From Planctomycetaceae bacterium (GTDB lineage: Bacteria; Planctomycetota; Planctomycetia; Planctomycetales; Planctomycetaceae): 64,000 bases of DNA. The notes beneath the pieces are model-generated. The model was not told where the DNA came from and searched no databases. It was given only the letters and a program-made list of their open reading frames with translations. Where the stretch lies: the NCBI GenBank assembly GCA_033762515.1, contig JANRLN010000412.1, positions 3,719-67,718 of the forward strand, in the 5' to 3' direction. The position numbers were made by a program, and so were the translations under genes. Below, one piece after another: positions 35,613 through 45,311 of this stretch (position 1 is its first letter; each line of letters begins with the position of its first letter).

Positions 35613-35646
35613 TGTTCGATCGACTCCATCGACGCTGGTTCAACGC

Positions 35647-35958
35647 GTGTCAGCAAATCGCACCTGGATTGACCGTCTGAGCGACGAGGAACGGGCCTTC
35701 CTCAAGCGGTTCGTACTCGCCTCGGGATCTCTGAAGGCGATCGCCCAGGAATACGGGGTCACCTACCCGACGATTCGTCTTCGACTCGATCGGATCATCG
35801 AGAAGATCAAGATCTTCGACAGCACACAGATCCTCAGCGAATTCGAACGGCAACTCCGCGGACTCCACGCGGAAGGCCGCATTGATCTGGCCACTCTGAA
35901 ACTGCTCCTGGAAGCTCATCGTCTGGATCAGCAGAGCCAAACGCAGGGGGACTCATGA
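35647..35958 (+). CDS. DUF2089-like helix-turn-helix protein (C-terminal HTH half only)
   Basis: LSDEERAFLKRFVLASGSLKAIAQEYGVTYPTIRLRLDRIIEKI matches the HTH half of DUF2089 by eye. There is no in-frame ATG after the AT-rich stretch, so GTG 35647 is proposed. The start is uncertain. Confidence 0.55.
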   Translation: MSANRTWIDRLSDEERAFLKRFVLASGSLKAIAQEYGVTYPTIRLRLDRIIEKIKIFDSTQILSEFERQLRGLHAEGRIDLATLKLLLEAHRLDQQSQTQGDS

Positions 35959-36857
35959 ATCGAACCATTTTCGGTTGGGCGTGGATCGGCTGGTGGGTTC
36001 TGGCAGCCTTGGGATCGAAGGCAACGGAAGCAGCCTCGCCGATGCCACTGGTCAAAGTTTCCTGGCAGGAACGGCACGCAGCGAAGATGCTGCAGTCGGG
36101 TGATTTCATCCCCGCCGAAGGGCAGGAACCGGACCATCTGCGACTGCAACAGACAACTGCTGAACCGCGTCTGTTCACGCTCGTCGAGATTCCCTCACCG
36201 CCGATTGACGCCGAGTCATACGTGGTCCGCGGGCGCCTCCGCTATCAAGGGGTGACGGGAGAATCGTACATGGAAATGTGGAACCATTTCCCCGGCGGTG
36301 CCGCCTATTTCACGAAGACCTTGGGCGCGAGTGGTCCGCTGGGCCGATTGACGGGCAGCTCCGACTGGCGGGAGTTCCAATTGCCGTTCCACAAAGGCAA
36401 AGAACCCGCGCCGGAGAAGCTGGTGATCAGTCTGCAGCTTCAAGGGGAGGGGAGCGTCGACATCACCGACCTGGAATTGATCGCTCCGTTCGATGGGATC
36501 TTTGGTGAGTCCGTTGCCAGCGCCTGGTGGTCGGATGCGACCGGAGGATTGATCGGCGGCATCGCCGGCTCGTTTCTTGGGGTCTTCCTGGGCGGTGTCA
36601 TTGGACCGCTGGCGGGGTTGGGCCGAGCGCGCGGATTTGTCACGGCGACTCTATGGGTCGTCGGTCTCGGCTCGTGCGCGACTCTGACCGCTGGAGTCGT
36701 GGCCGTCTGCTCTGGACAACCTTTTGGCGTCCATTATCCACTGTTGCTGCTGGGTGGCCTCGGAGCGCTCTTCGGCTTCGGCGGTTTGCCGCTGTGCCAG
36801 CAGCGTTATCGGACCGCCGAGTTCCGACGGATGTCGGCCTTGGACGCCATTTCGTAG
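35955..36857 (+). CDS. hypothetical membrane protein (N-terminal signal/anchor, ~190-aa exposed domain, C-terminal helices)
   Basis: ATG 35955 overlaps the upstream stop (ATGA). N-terminus: MNRTIFGWAWIGWWVLAALG. There are four Gly-rich hydrophobic helices at the C-terminus. Confidence 0.6.
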   Translation: MNRTIFGWAWIGWWVLAALGSKATEAASPMPLVKVSWQERHAAKMLQSGDFIPAEGQEPDHLRLQQTTAEPRLFTLVEIPSPPIDAESYVVRGRLRYQGVTGESYMEMWNHFPGGAAYFTKTLGASGPLGRLTGSSDWREFQLPFHKGKEPAPEKLVISLQLQGEGSVDITDLELIAPFDGIFGESVASAWWSDATGGLIGGIAGSFLGVFLGGVIGPLAGLGRARGFVTATLWVVGLGSCATLTAGVVAVCSGQPFGVHYPLLLLGGLGALFGFGGLPLCQQRYRTAEFRRMSALDAIS

Positions 36858-37963
36858 TTCGTGTCGCGGCCGGGAAGTTTGCGCACACCGCGTTCGCCTT
36901 CACCCACGCGCTCTCCGTGACGGAAGCTGGTCCCCGAGATGTCTTGCACTTTGCTGCCGTTGTAACTGACCACGACCCCCACATATCCAATGGGGACCAC
37001 CTTTTTGGGCATAGGCTTCACGGTGGCGAACCAGTGATTGATGAAGTAAGTGCCGTCGGTCAGCGTCTGATATTGCAGGCCGCGCCGTCCGCCCGCGCGT
37101 AGAAACGCTTCGGTGTCCTGGAAATTGTTATGAAAGTCAGCCTGGGCGGAATCGACGCCCACAGGGGGAGCGATGATCTCTTCCGACGGCAGCGAAGGCC
37201 CGTCGTGCACCGTCACAATCCCGATGGAGTCGACGCCCGAAGTCTGCTCTTGATGGATGGGGTCAGGGGCGTCGATGGGGCTGCCGACGAGGACCGGCTG
37301 AAAGCCTTCGCTCGCCGCCAACTCCAACTGCCAGGTTTTGAGTGTTTTCTGCTCGTGCATGTCCATCAGCGAGGGGAGGGCGAAGACATGTTCCGAAGCG
37401 ATCACCACGAAGGCCGCCGGGTTGATCGCGTAGACCCCTTCGCGCAGGATCGCCCGTTGCCGCCCGCGTTGGCCGCGCGGTTGATCGACTTCATCGTGCA
37501 GGAACTTGGAGCCGTTTTGAAAGTTGTCGCAATCGACAATGCGACCGAGCGTCTGACTGGGGGCCAGCGACTCGCCGTCGCGAGCGTAGACGTAGGCGAT
37601 CTGTCCCTGGGGAACCGTCACGAGAGGGGCGCGGTGAATGCGATACTGCCAGCGCCAGAAGCCGAAGTGGATGCCGCCGCGCAACAGGCGAATCTGAAAC
37701 CCGGCCTCGCCGAATTGGGCCATGATGCGACCTTCCGGGACGGACCCCTGAAACGACCACAACTTTTCGACGACGCCGACCTTGTTGTTGGGAATGAACC
37801 GCACGCTGAGCCACGCGCCGACGATCAGCGCCGCCTTCAACACCAGCCACAACTTCAGCGACGAGACCCCTTCCTGAAAGACTTCGAAGAAGCTGAAGGT
37901 CAGCCATTCCGTCAGTACGCCGCTTGAAAATGCAGGCTCCGCAGCCAGGCAAACTGGAACCAC
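36806..37963 (-). CDS. SPFH/flotillin-like membrane protein
   Basis: VGVVEKLWSFQGSVPEGRIMAQFGEAGFQIRLLRGGIHFGFW and VPQGQIAYVYARDGESLAPSQTLG resemble flotillin/YqiK-type N-terminal regions. The proposed GTG 37963 is preceded by AGGAG six nt upstream. The ORF-track start 38074 is also GTG. Confidence 0.65.
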   Translation of the reverse strand: MVPVCLAAEPAFSSGVLTEWLTFSFFEVFQEGVSSLKLWLVLKAALIVGAWLSVRFIPNNKVGVVEKLWSFQGSVPEGRIMAQFGEAGFQIRLLRGGIHFGFWRWQYRIHRAPLVTVPQGQIAYVYARDGESLAPSQTLGRIVDCDNFQNGSKFLHDEVDQPRGQRGRQRAILREGVYAINPAAFVVIASEHVFALPSLMDMHEQKTLKTWQLELAASEGFQPVLVGSPIDAPDPIHQEQTSGVDSIGIVTVHDGPSLPSEEIIAPPVGVDSAQADFHNNFQDTEAFLRAGGRRGLQYQTLTDGTYFINHWFATVKPMPKKVVPIGYVGVVVSYNGSKVQDISGTSFRHGERVGEGERGVRKLPGRDTNYEMASKADIRRNSAVR

Positions 37964-38257
37964 GATGAACTCCTGCAAGCTCCCGTGGGAGACTTGCGGT
38001 CGGCGATAACGTCTCACCTGAGCAATGGGCGTGCAACCGCCGCTGCGGTGGAGCGGTGGGGCGGCGCCACTCACGAAGCTCGCGCATCAGGTACGGAGCA
38101 ACCGCGGCCAGGGCTGTCAGCGAAGCACGAAAGTGCCGACGATAGAACTTCCACTGCGGCCGAGCAGACACTTCTCGACCAGCCTACGGAGTTAGCTGTC
38201 GGGCTCGGGCTGAAAGTACCCGGCGAGGCCGATTTCTCGACCATCGCTACGCCCCAA

Positions 38258-38282
38258 GGATGCTCGCGGTTTGCGAGCATCC
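38258..38282. other. perfect 10-bp stem/5-nt loop hairpin in a 580-nt gene-free gap
   Basis: GGATGCTCGC-ggttt-GCGAGCATCC. There is no U-tract on either strand. Confidence 0.35.
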
Positions 38283-38658
38283 AAACTTGGGTCCCCCGCT
38301 CCCGCTCAACTGCGTTGATGGGACTCGGCGCTGCAGGCATCATCGCACACTGTCACACGCGTTCGACATGAATGCCGACGATGGTGTCATCGCTTATGCC
38401 GTTGCATCCAAAGACGTTACTGCCAATCGTCAGGGGGTGGCGGCGGTCGCAGTGGACAGTTGGTTTTCGGGAAAATTCGGGCGGATGGGTTCGCGACATG
38501 CGTTTGGCGCGGCTGAAGCGGTTGGGATCCCTCTTGTGCGGCGTGCGTCGTGGCTCCGCTCATCACGCGGAACGTGATGGCCCTTGCGGCGTCACCTGGT
38601 TTTCCGGCAAGAACGCCATCACGCCCCACTGAAGATCTGTGGGGACGCTCACCGCCCG

Positions 38659-39552
38659 TTACTGGAGCGGCTTGTCGCCAGCCTCGATTGCGAACTGCCG
38701 CAGCAGGGCTCGTTCGGCCGTTTGAATCTGTTCCGCAAAGAACTTGGCGTCGTCCGAGGGACTTTGCTGAAGTTCCGCGAGCGCGCGCTGCAGTTCAACC
38801 GTTCCCGCCTCGCGTGTTTCTTCGACGAGCCGGCGCGTAAGCGCCAGATAGCCGGCCGTCATGAGGACGTAGTCGGGCTTGTCGGCTCGGGCGAACTCGA
38901 CATTCGCGGCGGTGAACGCTTCGAGGGCCGGCGCCGTTCGCCTTCCCGAGAGATGGTGTGCGCCGATCAGCCAATAGGCATTCCCCATCGCCTCCGGACC
39001 GCGCCTCAGTTCGTTTCCCAACCTCAGATTGAGCACAGCCGCGTCGACGCCGAATGCGATGTCGGATCGCGTCAGAACAATCCCCGGTTCATCCCAACCC
39101 GGCCAGGTGTTGGATCCGAGGTTGTAGGCGATGCTCTTGGCCGTCCCCAGCAAGAGCTGTGAAGTCTCGCGGTCGTCGGCCTCCAATCTCCTCGCATCGC
39201 GAAGGGCGACGCTAATGCCCTGGCGACCGAATGCCAGCATTAAGGGAATATCCTTTTTCTCAGCGTAAATGCGCCTGACGAGTTGAGAATACAACTCGAC
39301 GACCTGCGGCGGCCGGTAGCGCGATTCGAGGAAATCGAAGGCTTGAAAGGTATCTCCATCTGCGGCCAGTTTGAGCGCGTGCGTCAGGGTCGCTTTCTGG
39401 TCGGCTTCTTGACCATTGACGGCGTCGAACTCGGTAGCGCATGGGATCATGATGAACGCCAGTATGTATGGAAGGTTGAGGTCCTTGGAACGCGGCATGT
39501 CTCGATTTCCACAGCATCGAATCCAGGAATTGGCGAATTTCGGATTCGACAT
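38659..39552 (-). CDS. hypothetical protein (possibly secreted)
   Basis: 297-aa ORF with protein-like composition. The internal ATG at 39498 (MPRSKDLNLPYILAFIMIPCA) is a plausible alternative start with a signal-like helix. No motif is recognised. Confidence 0.55.
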   Translation of the reverse strand: MSNPKFANSWIRCCGNRDMPRSKDLNLPYILAFIMIPCATEFDAVNGQEADQKATLTHALKLAADGDTFQAFDFLESRYRPPQVVELYSQLVRRIYAEKKDIPLMLAFGRQGISVALRDARRLEADDRETSQLLLGTAKSIAYNLGSNTWPGWDEPGIVLTRSDIAFGVDAAVLNLRLGNELRRGPEAMGNAYWLIGAHHLSGRRTAPALEAFTAANVEFARADKPDYVLMTAGYLALTRRLVEETREAGTVELQRALAELQQSPSDDAKFFAEQIQTAERALLRQFAIEAGDKPLQ

Positions 39553-39819
39553 TGATCCGAATCACCACGAGGAAACGAATCGACGCACCGGGGGAATGCA
39601 AGGGAGAGCATCGCCTTGCCCGCGTAACTCGGCAAGTATGCGAGTTTCCGCAAGCGGGATTCCGTCTGCTCGCGTTCGCCTCTGGAGTCGGCGCGCCGCA
39701 AGATGGCGGCGCTTCCTCGACTGCAGGGGAAGATTGCCGCGGATCAGTTGTCGATCATCACGCAACGCCAATGATGGAGCATGATGCCACGTTTCCGCGA
39801 CGTCGAAGTCTTTGCGAAT

Positions 39820-40740
39820 TCAATGTGCGACAGCAACGGACATTGCTCGTGCAACGGGAGCGCTCACCCGTGTCGCCGCTTCGTCGTCCGCTCGCCCATC
39901 GGCATGGCGCCGCTTGCGAGCCAGCACCTGAATCTCGGTGCACAGGCCCGGCAGGGTTGCCCCGAGTCGGCGATTGAGACGATACCACCAGCGATGGTTC
40001 TCAAGCGGGCGCAGGAGACCGCCGGAGATCATGCGAAACCCGCGCGTGGCGACGATGTCGACGTCGCAGTGCCGCCCGATCTCGCGGAGAAATGATCCGC
40101 GTGAGAAGGCTTGCAGGTGGCCGCGGATCTTCTTCGTCCTGACCAAGCGGTCCCAGGCGGGAACAAGATGCCTGCGAACGAGATGGACGCCCGCGGGAAA
40201 AATCGGGACGCCGAGGATCATGAGGCCGCCCGGTTTGAGAACGCGGGAGAGGGTGTGGAGCGCGCCGCCGACTTCGGGAAGATGCTCGAGCACCTGTTCG
40301 CAGATCACGACGTCGAACATGTTATCGGGGAGGAACGGGAAGCCGTGGAGCAGATTGCCCGCCTGCAGAGATGACCAGGCTTCGGGCCGATAGATCGTCG
40401 GCTGCAGCTTCAGGTCGATCCCGTGATACTCCACCAACCCTGCCGGGTCGCGGGGTTCGATGTAGCGCATCGAGACGCCGTTCCAGACGCCGACGTCGAG
40501 GAGTTGCAGCCGTTCGCCGCGCTGCTGAAAGGCCGGGGTGAGCTCCCAGATGGTGTCGGCGATGGCCTGATACCGGGCCTGCCGCAAGCTATAGCGCTCT
40601 TTGCGAGTCGGGTCGACGCCAAAGGCCAGGGCTGGCGTGCAGGCGTGGGGCCGGTGAGGCATGTCGCGTCTTTCCATCCGCAATCGTTCGGTCCATCGAA
40701 TCGAGCGGCGAATTCTGCCGGGGGATGACTTTTGCCACAA
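39820..40740 (-). CDS. class I SAM-dependent methyltransferase
   Basis: Motifs: LQLLDVGVWNG (motif I variant), YHGIDL, FDVVICEQVLEHLPE, LKPGGLMILGVP. The start is uncertain (alternative ATGs at 40677 and 40662). Confidence 0.8.
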   Translation of the reverse strand: MWQKSSPGRIRRSIRWTERLRMERRDMPHRPHACTPALAFGVDPTRKERYSLRQARYQAIADTIWELTPAFQQRGERLQLLDVGVWNGVSMRYIEPRDPAGLVEYHGIDLKLQPTIYRPEAWSSLQAGNLLHGFPFLPDNMFDVVICEQVLEHLPEVGGALHTLSRVLKPGGLMILGVPIFPAGVHLVRRHLVPAWDRLVRTKKIRGHLQAFSRGSFLREIGRHCDVDIVATRGFRMISGGLLRPLENHRWWYRLNRRLGATLPGLCTEIQVLARKRRHADGRADDEAATRVSAPVARAMSVAVAH

Positions 40741-40910
40741 CCCCAGTTTTTCGCAAGTTGCGCCCGCGCCCCCCGTTTCCTGCAGCAGAGGCCGGCCGGC
40801 CGGTGTGTCTCTGTCGGCAGAATGGGCGACATGGTTCGAAGTTGATGTGATCCCTGTTTGAACAAATTTTGCGATGTCTCTTGCCTCGGGGGCTAGAACT
40901 CTTCAGATCT

Positions 40911-40928
40911 CGACGCAAACTTGCGTCG
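40911..40928. promoter_or_regulatory. perfect 8-bp inverted repeat CGACGCAA-ac-TTGCGTCG
   Basis: It lies in the divergent region between the methyltransferase and fasciclin genes, ~170 nt upstream of ATG 41101. Confidence 0.3.
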
Positions 40929-41100
40929 CTCTGCGGACCAGCGTGGTGTCGCTTGCAGGGCTTTGACGGTATTGCGATCCGTCGTTCATCCCTGGCGACT
41001 CGACGCGGCCCTGTTCATGTCTCCGAGGTGACTTTCTGCGCTCATTGTGCGCGCACAGCTCGGGGGGCAAGAGGCTTTAAATCGACAAGAGGGAGTGCTC

Positions 41101-41598
41101 ATGACTGGTTGGCGCAAGGGAGTTTTGGGTGGTACCGCATTCGCGGTGGTGTTGAGTCTGGCTGGCGTCCTCACGGCGGCGGAGCCTGCCAAGAAGGACA
41201 TCGTGGATACGGCTGTCGCGGCGGGAAACTTCAAGACTCTCGCAGCCGCGCTGAAGGCGGCGGGTCTGATCGAGACTCTGAAGGGGAAGGGGCCGTTCAC
41301 GGTGTTCGCTCCGACCGATGAAGCATTCGCCAAGCTTCCCGAAGGGACCGTGGAATCGCTCCTGAAGCCGGAAAACAAGGACAAATTGGTGGGCATCCTG
41401 ACTTACCACGTCGTCGCGGGGAAGGTGATGGCCGCCGATGTGGTGAAGCTGAAGGAAGCCAAGACGGTTCAGGGCAAGGCTGCCAAGATCACTGTGAAGG
41501 ATGGAAAAGTGATGGTGGATGGGGCGAACGTCGTCACGACCGACATCGCGACGTCGAACGGAGTGATCCACGTGATCGACGCAGTCATTCTGCCGTAG
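41101..41598 (+). CDS. fasciclin (FAS1) domain protein, secreted
   Basis: Signal: [29 protein letters not shown]1 motifs: [60 protein letters not shown]. Confidence 0.9.
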   Translation: MTGWRKGVLGGTAFAVVLSLAGVLTAAEPAKKDIVDTAVAAGNFKTLAAALKAAGLIETLKGKGPFTVFAPTDEAFAKLPEGTVESLLKPENKDKLVGILTYHVVAGKVMAADVVKLKEAKTVQGKAAKITVKDGKVMVDGANVVTTDIATSNGVIHVIDAVILP

Positions 41599-41628
41599 TC
41601 GTCGAAAACGGTTCTCATTGAGATCGAA

Positions 41629-41660
41629 GCTCAGGGATCGTGGTCCCTGGGCTTCTTTCG
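41629..41660 (+). terminator. intrinsic-terminator-like hairpin + T-rich tail after the fasciclin gene
   Basis: GCTCAGGGA-tcgtgg-TCCCTGGGC forms a 9-bp stem including one G-U pair. It is followed by TTCTTTCG and begins 31 nt after the stop. Confidence 0.5.
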
Positions 41661-41731
41661 TGCGCTGACCGAATTGGAGTATACTCACCCTCTGATGAGT
41701 CGCTGTTGATGCGAATGGGGTGAGACGAGCG

Positions 41732-44700
41732 ATGCTACGGCGCATGGTTCTCGGATGGTCGGTGGTCTGGATGCTGGTCGGCGCGTCGACGAGCAGTGAA
41801 GGCGCCGAAGCGACGCCAGAGGCGGTGGAGTTTTTCGAAAAGCGCGTCCGGCCGGTGCTGGTGGAGCATTGCTCCAAGTGTCACAGCAATAAAGACGTCA
41901 AAGGGGGCCTGCGGCTCGACTCGCGCGCCGCGTTGTTGAAGGGGGGCGACACCGGGCCGGCGATTATTCCCGGCGACGCCCGGCGGAGCCTGCTCATCGA
42001 AGCGGTGCGCTATGAACCCGATGGTTATCAGATGCCCCCAACCGGCAAATTGCCGGACGACGCCATCGCGGCCCTCACCGACTGGGTGCAGCAAGGGGCG
42101 GTCTGGCCGGGAAGCGACGGCGATGCCGCCGTGTCATCCGAAAAATTTGACCTCGCCGAACGGGCGAAGCACTGGTCGTTCCAGCCGGTTGCTGAAACGG
42201 CTCCCCCTGAGGTTCAACGTGCGGATTGGGGGCAGTCGCCGGTTGATGCCTATGTTCTGGCGAAACTCGAAGCCGCAGGACTTGCCCCTGCCCAGAGCGC
42301 CGAACGGCGTGTGCTTTTACGCCGTGTTTCGCTCGACCTGATCGGCTTACCCCCGACCGCGGACGAGTTAGAGGCCTTCCTCGCCGATGACTCTCCGCAC
42401 GCTTGGGCCAAGGTCGTTGAGAGGCTTCTGGCATCACCGCGTTACGGCGAGCGTTGGGGAAGGCACTGGCTCGATCTGGTGCGGTTCGCAGAGACGTCGG
42501 GGCACGAGTTTGACTATGAGATTCCCTTTGCCTGGCCTTATCGCGATTACGTCATTCGGGCTTTCAACGACGACGTCCCCTACGACCAGTTCCTCCGTGA
42601 ACACCTGGCCGGAGACTTGCTCCGTGAGCCGCGGACCAACCCGTCGCAGGGCACAAACGAGTCGGTGATCGGAACCGCGTTCTACTGGTTCAGCCAGGGG
42701 AAGCATTCGCCGGTCGACATTCGGGCTGAGGAATGCGATCTCGTCGACAACCAACTTGACGTGATTGGCAAAACGTTCCAGGGACTCACCATCGCCTGCG
42801 CCCGGTGCCACGATCACAAATTCGACCCCATCCTGCAGCAGGATTATTACGCCCTCGCTGGGTTCCTGCAGAGCTCGCGGCAGACGCTGGTCGACCTCAA
42901 CCCGCCCGAAACGACGGAACACATCGTCCAGGGGCTTGAAGAAGCGGCCAGCCGCGACGTGCCGCTTCTCCTGACGCACGCCGTCGCGGCAACCGAGCAG
43001 TTTGTGAAGGAGTTACCGCAGCGGCTCACGGTGAAGTCGGATGACGCCGAGGCGTGGCGCAAAGGCGTCTTGGAAACAGCGCATCGGGATCGAGCACATC
43101 CCCTGCACATGTGGGCGCATTGGGCGGGGGCCGACAATCTGCCGCAGCGGATCGCCGATTGGAAATTGCTCCGCCAGCGTGAGGCCGAGACCCGTTCTTC
43201 CGGCGACCGTTCTCCGGCTGGACTTCACAGTCCAGATACAATCACCGATGCCGAAGGCAAGGCCCTTTCTCCCTGGTTCTTCGAGGGAGCCGCGTTCGAA
43301 CGATCCTCAACGCCCTGGCTCTCGGGCAATACCCCCGATACCCCTTTACGCGGCGTGATGCGTCCCGGGATTTGGGCACACAGCGGCGCCGTTTCTCCGC
43401 GTTTGCGCGGGACGCTGCGATCGCCGACATTTACGATCACGCAGCCCTACATTGACTACTGGATGCATCGCCGCGGCGGGGACGGACATCCCCCGCGGCA
43501 GAACAAAGCGGGGCAGGTGAGTCTGATCGTCGACGGCTTCCAGTTCATTCGCAATCCGCTCTATGGTCACCTAACGTTGAATGTCGAGCAGGCCGAGAGC
43601 CCGCGATGGTATCGCCAGGATGTCCAGCGCTTCATCGGCAGCCGGGCTTACATCGAAATCGAGGATCTCGACGATGGCGAGATCGTGGTCGATCACATCG
43701 AATTCAACACGGCCAGCCCCACTGAATCGACTTACAACTCGTTCCTGGTTAAGTACTTCGACGATGCCCAGATTCAGTCCACTGAAGATCTGGCTCGCGT
43801 GTATCAGCAAGCCTTCGCTGCCGTGGTTGAGCGGATGCGGCAGGAAGCGACCTACGGCGTGCCGACGGTGCGCGGCCCGGATCGTCGGGCAATTGCCGAT
43901 CTGGTGAACTGGCTGCTTCAGCAGGCGCCGTTGAGAACGTCGGATCCGCAGATCACGAAGCTGTTGGAACATCGCCGAACCCTCGAAGGGGCGCTCCCTC
44001 GACCGCAGTTGAGTATTGGGATTGTCGACGGCACCGCAGAAGACGAGCATCTGCTGATTCGTGGTAATCCGCGGAAGCCGGGTGACCCTGTTCCGCGGCA
44101 GTTTCTCACGGCACTGCAGCCGTATACCCGTGCAGGATTGATGGGACCGGCGAACGGTGATCCCGGAAGCGGGCGACTGGAGTGGGCCGAGTGTATCGCC
44201 GACGCGCGCAATCCGCTGACCGCCCGCGTGTTGGTGAACCGTCTGTGGATGCATCACTTCGGACGGGGGCTGGTCCCCACTCCGGATGACTTCGGGAAGA
44301 TGGGTCAACCCCCCTCGCATCCGGAGCTTCTGGACTGGCTGGCATCCGAGTTTGTCCGCAGCGGTTGGTCGATCAAGCACATGCACCGCGTCATGCTGCT
44401 TTCGGCGACTTACCAGCAGTCAAGTCGGATCGCGTCGTTGAACGCCGAGGAGCGGGATCCTCAGAACTTGTTGCTGCATCGGATGCCGGTGCAGCGGCTT
44501 GAGGCCGAGCCAATCCGCGATGCGTTACTGGCATTGGCCGGTCGACTGGATGACGCGATGTACGGACCCAGCGTGCCACCGCACCTGACTCCATTCATGG
44601 AAGGACGCGGGCGGCCGGCCCAGAGTGGCCCGCTGGATGGGAACGGTCGTCGGAGCCTGTACATTAACGTGCGCCGAAATTTCCTCTCGCCGATGTTTCT

Positions 44701-45025
44701 CGCGTTCGACTTCCCGACGCCTTTCACCACGATGGGGAAACGCTCGACCTCGAACGTACCGGCGCAGGCGCTGACGCTGATGAATAACCCGCTGGTGGTC
44801 CAGCAAAGCGGCCTGTGGGCAGAGTCAATTTTGAGACGCTGTCCCGACCCATCCGCTCGCATCGCAACCCTCTATCGCGACGCGTTCAGCCGCGAACCCA
44901 CGTCGGAAGAGCTGGCGGCGGCGCTGGAATTCCTTGGTCCGGCCGCGAATTCCTCAGATCCCGGCCCGTGGCGGGATCTGGCCCACGTGCTCGTGAATGT
45001 CAAGGAGTTTGTGTTTGTGGAGTGA
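41732..45025 (+). CDS. PSCyt (planctomycete cytochrome-c-like) / DUF1549 / DUF1553 protein
   Basis: A signal peptide is present. Motifs: FFEKRVRPVLVEHCSKCHS (CxxCH), HWSFQP and LLRRVSLDLIGLPPT (DUF1549), CARCHDHKFDPI (DUF1553). A long C-terminal PSD1-like region follows. Confidence 0.9.
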   Translation: MLRRMVLGWSVVWMLVGASTSSEGAEATPEAVEFFEKRVRPVLVEHCSKCHSNKDVKGGLRLDSRAALLKGGDTGPAIIPGDARRSLLIEAVRYEPDGYQMPPTGKLPDDAIAALTDWVQQGAVWPGSDGDAAVSSEKFDLAERAKHWSFQPVAETAPPEVQRADWGQSPVDAYVLAKLEAAGLAPAQSAERRVLLRRVSLDLIGLPPTADELEAFLADDSPHAWAKVVERLLASPRYGERWGRHWLDLVRFAETSGHEFDYEIPFAWPYRDYVIRAFNDDVPYDQFLREHLAGDLLREPRTNPSQGTNESVIGTAFYWFSQGKHSPVDIRAEECDLVDNQLDVIGKTFQGLTIACARCHDHKFDPILQQDYYALAGFLQSSRQTLVDLNPPETTEHIVQGLEEAASRDVPLLLTHAVAATEQFVKELPQRLTVKSDDAEAWRKGVLETAHRDRAHPLHMWAHWAGADNLPQRIADWKLLRQREAETRSSGDRSPAGLHSPDTITDAEGKALSPWFFEGAAFERSSTPWLSGNTPDTPLRGVMRPGIWAHSGAVSPRLRGTLRSPTFTITQPYIDYWMHRRGGDGHPPRQNKAGQVSLIVDGFQFIRNPLYGHLTLNVEQAESPRWYRQDVQRFIGSRAYIEIEDLDDGEIVVDHIEFNTASPTESTYNSFLVKYFDDAQIQSTEDLARVYQQAFAAVVERMRQEATYGVPTVRGPDRRAIADLVNWLLQQAPLRTSDPQITKLLEHRRTLEGALPRPQLSIGIVDGTAEDEHLLIRGNPRKPGDPVPRQFLTALQPYTRAGLMGPANGDPGSGRLEWAECIADARNPLTARVLVNRLWMHHFGRGLVPTPDDFGKMGQPPSHPELLDWLASEFVRSGWSIKHMHRVMLLSATYQQSSRIASLNAEERDPQNLLLHRMPVQRLEAEPIRDALLALAGRLDDAMYGPSVPPHLTPFMEGRGRPAQSGPLDGNGRRSLYINVRRNFLSPMFLAFDFPTPFTTMGKRSTSNVPAQALTLMNNPLVVQQSGLWAESILRRCPDPSARIATLYRDAFSREPTSEELAAALEFLGPAANSSDPGPWRDLAHVLVNVKEFVFVE

Positions 45026-45311
45026 TGAGATGCAAAAGCATTCCGGACCAACATTCGTCGTCGGCCGGGGGCGAGTTTCCCCCGTTAAACGGACTGGAAA
45101 GTGCTGCGAACCAGTGATAGGGTGAGACGGAGAGTTCTCTGTTGTCCCTTCATTGGCGCGGGAGGACGATCTGCGAGTGAGTCGTCGTGCTCTCGGTGAC
45201 GCTCGCGGATGCCGGCGGCGGTTGGCCCGCAGCACTGGTCGCAGTTCCGATACATTTCGTCGCTTCAGCTCCCGAACGACTCCGTCCGGGCCGTAACGCA
45301 GGTTGGCAGGC

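Noticed and set aside
35269-35646. N-terminal part of the 229-aa ORF
   Set aside because: It is open by chance through an AT-rich palindromic region. The translation is junk-like until the DUF2089-like HTH segment.
37130-37927. 265-aa plus-strand ORF
   Set aside because: It lies antisense to the SPFH-like gene. It is Asp/Arg/Gly-rich shadow sequence.
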